A stretch of 64,000 bases of DNA from Bispira polyomma (lineage: Eukaryota): the NCBI GenBank assembly GCA_965649765.1, contig OZ287748.1, positions 45,260,001 through 45,324,000 of the forward strand, written 5' to 3'. A model generated the notes under the pieces. It saw only the letters and a list, made by a program, of their open reading frames with translations, searched no databases and had not been told where the DNA came from. Shown here one piece after another: positions 62,901 to 64,000 of the stretch. The position numbers and the translations under genes were made by a program. Each line of letters starts with the position of its first letter. Position 1 is the stretch's first letter.

Positions 62901-64000
62901 GTTGTTTTTGATAGGCCCAGCATAGTGTTTCATTGTAATAAAGCTTATACTTGTCTTTTTACATATGTGATATGTGTAGCCTTGCTTCCAACTGTCAAGG
63001 TTTCGAAGCCAGTAGTTTACAGAACAAAAATGTTGACCAATTGTTATCTGTACTGGTTTCCTCCACTGCCCACTGTCGTACTATCTGCAGATCTTGAGAG
63101 AAACTATATGAGTTATAAGAGCAGATAGTGTATATTCAGGCAAGTAGAGGTAGTTTTTCCTTTAGATTTTTTAAACTAATTTAAAAGACAACCAGAGTCT
63201 CGTGTGAGGCTAGTGAGTTCTGTACCACGTCTATTGTCAACACATGGGACCCTAATCTGCTGAGCTGGAGTAGTAACCTTACTTCCATTAAAATATATAT
63301 CAAGGTCAACTAAAACTTAGGTTTAACTCTAAATGTGTCCATATCTCCAGAGTGAATTTAAGTAAAATCTAAAGCAAATGGTTGTACATTTAGATTCAGG
63401 GATAAAACACTTCTAAAATGAATGGTTACAAGTATAGCTTATCTGTATATTACAAATAAACCAACAACATCCACATACCATTCATTTCAGTCTGAGTTTG
63501 AAGCTTGAGATTTTTTAGTAGAGTATATTAGTGGTCATAGGAAGATAGGAAGAGAGGGCTGACTGGAGGGAGACAATTGCTACTATTGTTGTATATCTTT
63601 AACATACAGTTCCCTTAGGGCGTGCATAGTACCATGCATAACCTATTCAAGTTAGAGGGTTTTTAGAGAGAGAAGACCTTTCTGGAAAAGACCTAAATGA
63701 GATCCATTGTTTAAAAGGAGGGAGTGAGTTAGGAGCAATTGGTATCATTACCTAATAACAATAATAGATGTATTGTTCATGACTATGTCTTTAATTAGGT
63801 CTGTTGAATTAAAGTAAGTTAAACATTTTTTTGAATACTAACTATCCTCTGAAAGTGAAGGAGTAGGACATGAATGTATACTCAACGTCTGATAAAAAAA
63901 CACGAAAATAAAGTGACCAAAACAAACGTCTATTAGCTGTAGTAATTACATTGATAGTCACTGTGATTAAATATTAAATTTTAATTCCAACAGTGTATCC

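Overview
AT-rich eukaryotic (animal) genomic DNA, not prokaryotic. The repeat families suggest a lophotrochozoan, probably a mollusc (inference). No intact host protein-coding exon could be supported, so this is a large intron or intergenic stretch. Most supplied ORFs are chance frames, many with non-ATG starts. Interspersed repeats dominate: tRNA-derived SINEs (one young 4-copy family with TSDs, plus older Meta-like, CORE-like and Deu/Nin-like families), decayed LINE fragments (L1/Tx1, L2/CR1, RTE), PIF/Harbinger-type MITEs, Helentron-associated HINEs (one with a 147-bp internal satellite) and a Crypton-like hairpin element. Several insertions are nested. The most unusual segment is about 13.2-20.9 kb: a decayed, tightly packed, divergently arranged array of apparently intronless protein-like frames. 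It includes one gene restored in frame by removing a MITE, an overlapping stop/start junction and a WRPW-motif ORF. It resembles a fossil DNA virus or Polinton-like cargo of unknown identity. A dense transcription-factor-motif cluster at 48.8-49.05 kb is a candidate promoter/enhancer. Family assignments come from motif recognition by eye, not database searches, and boundaries of degraded elements are approximate.
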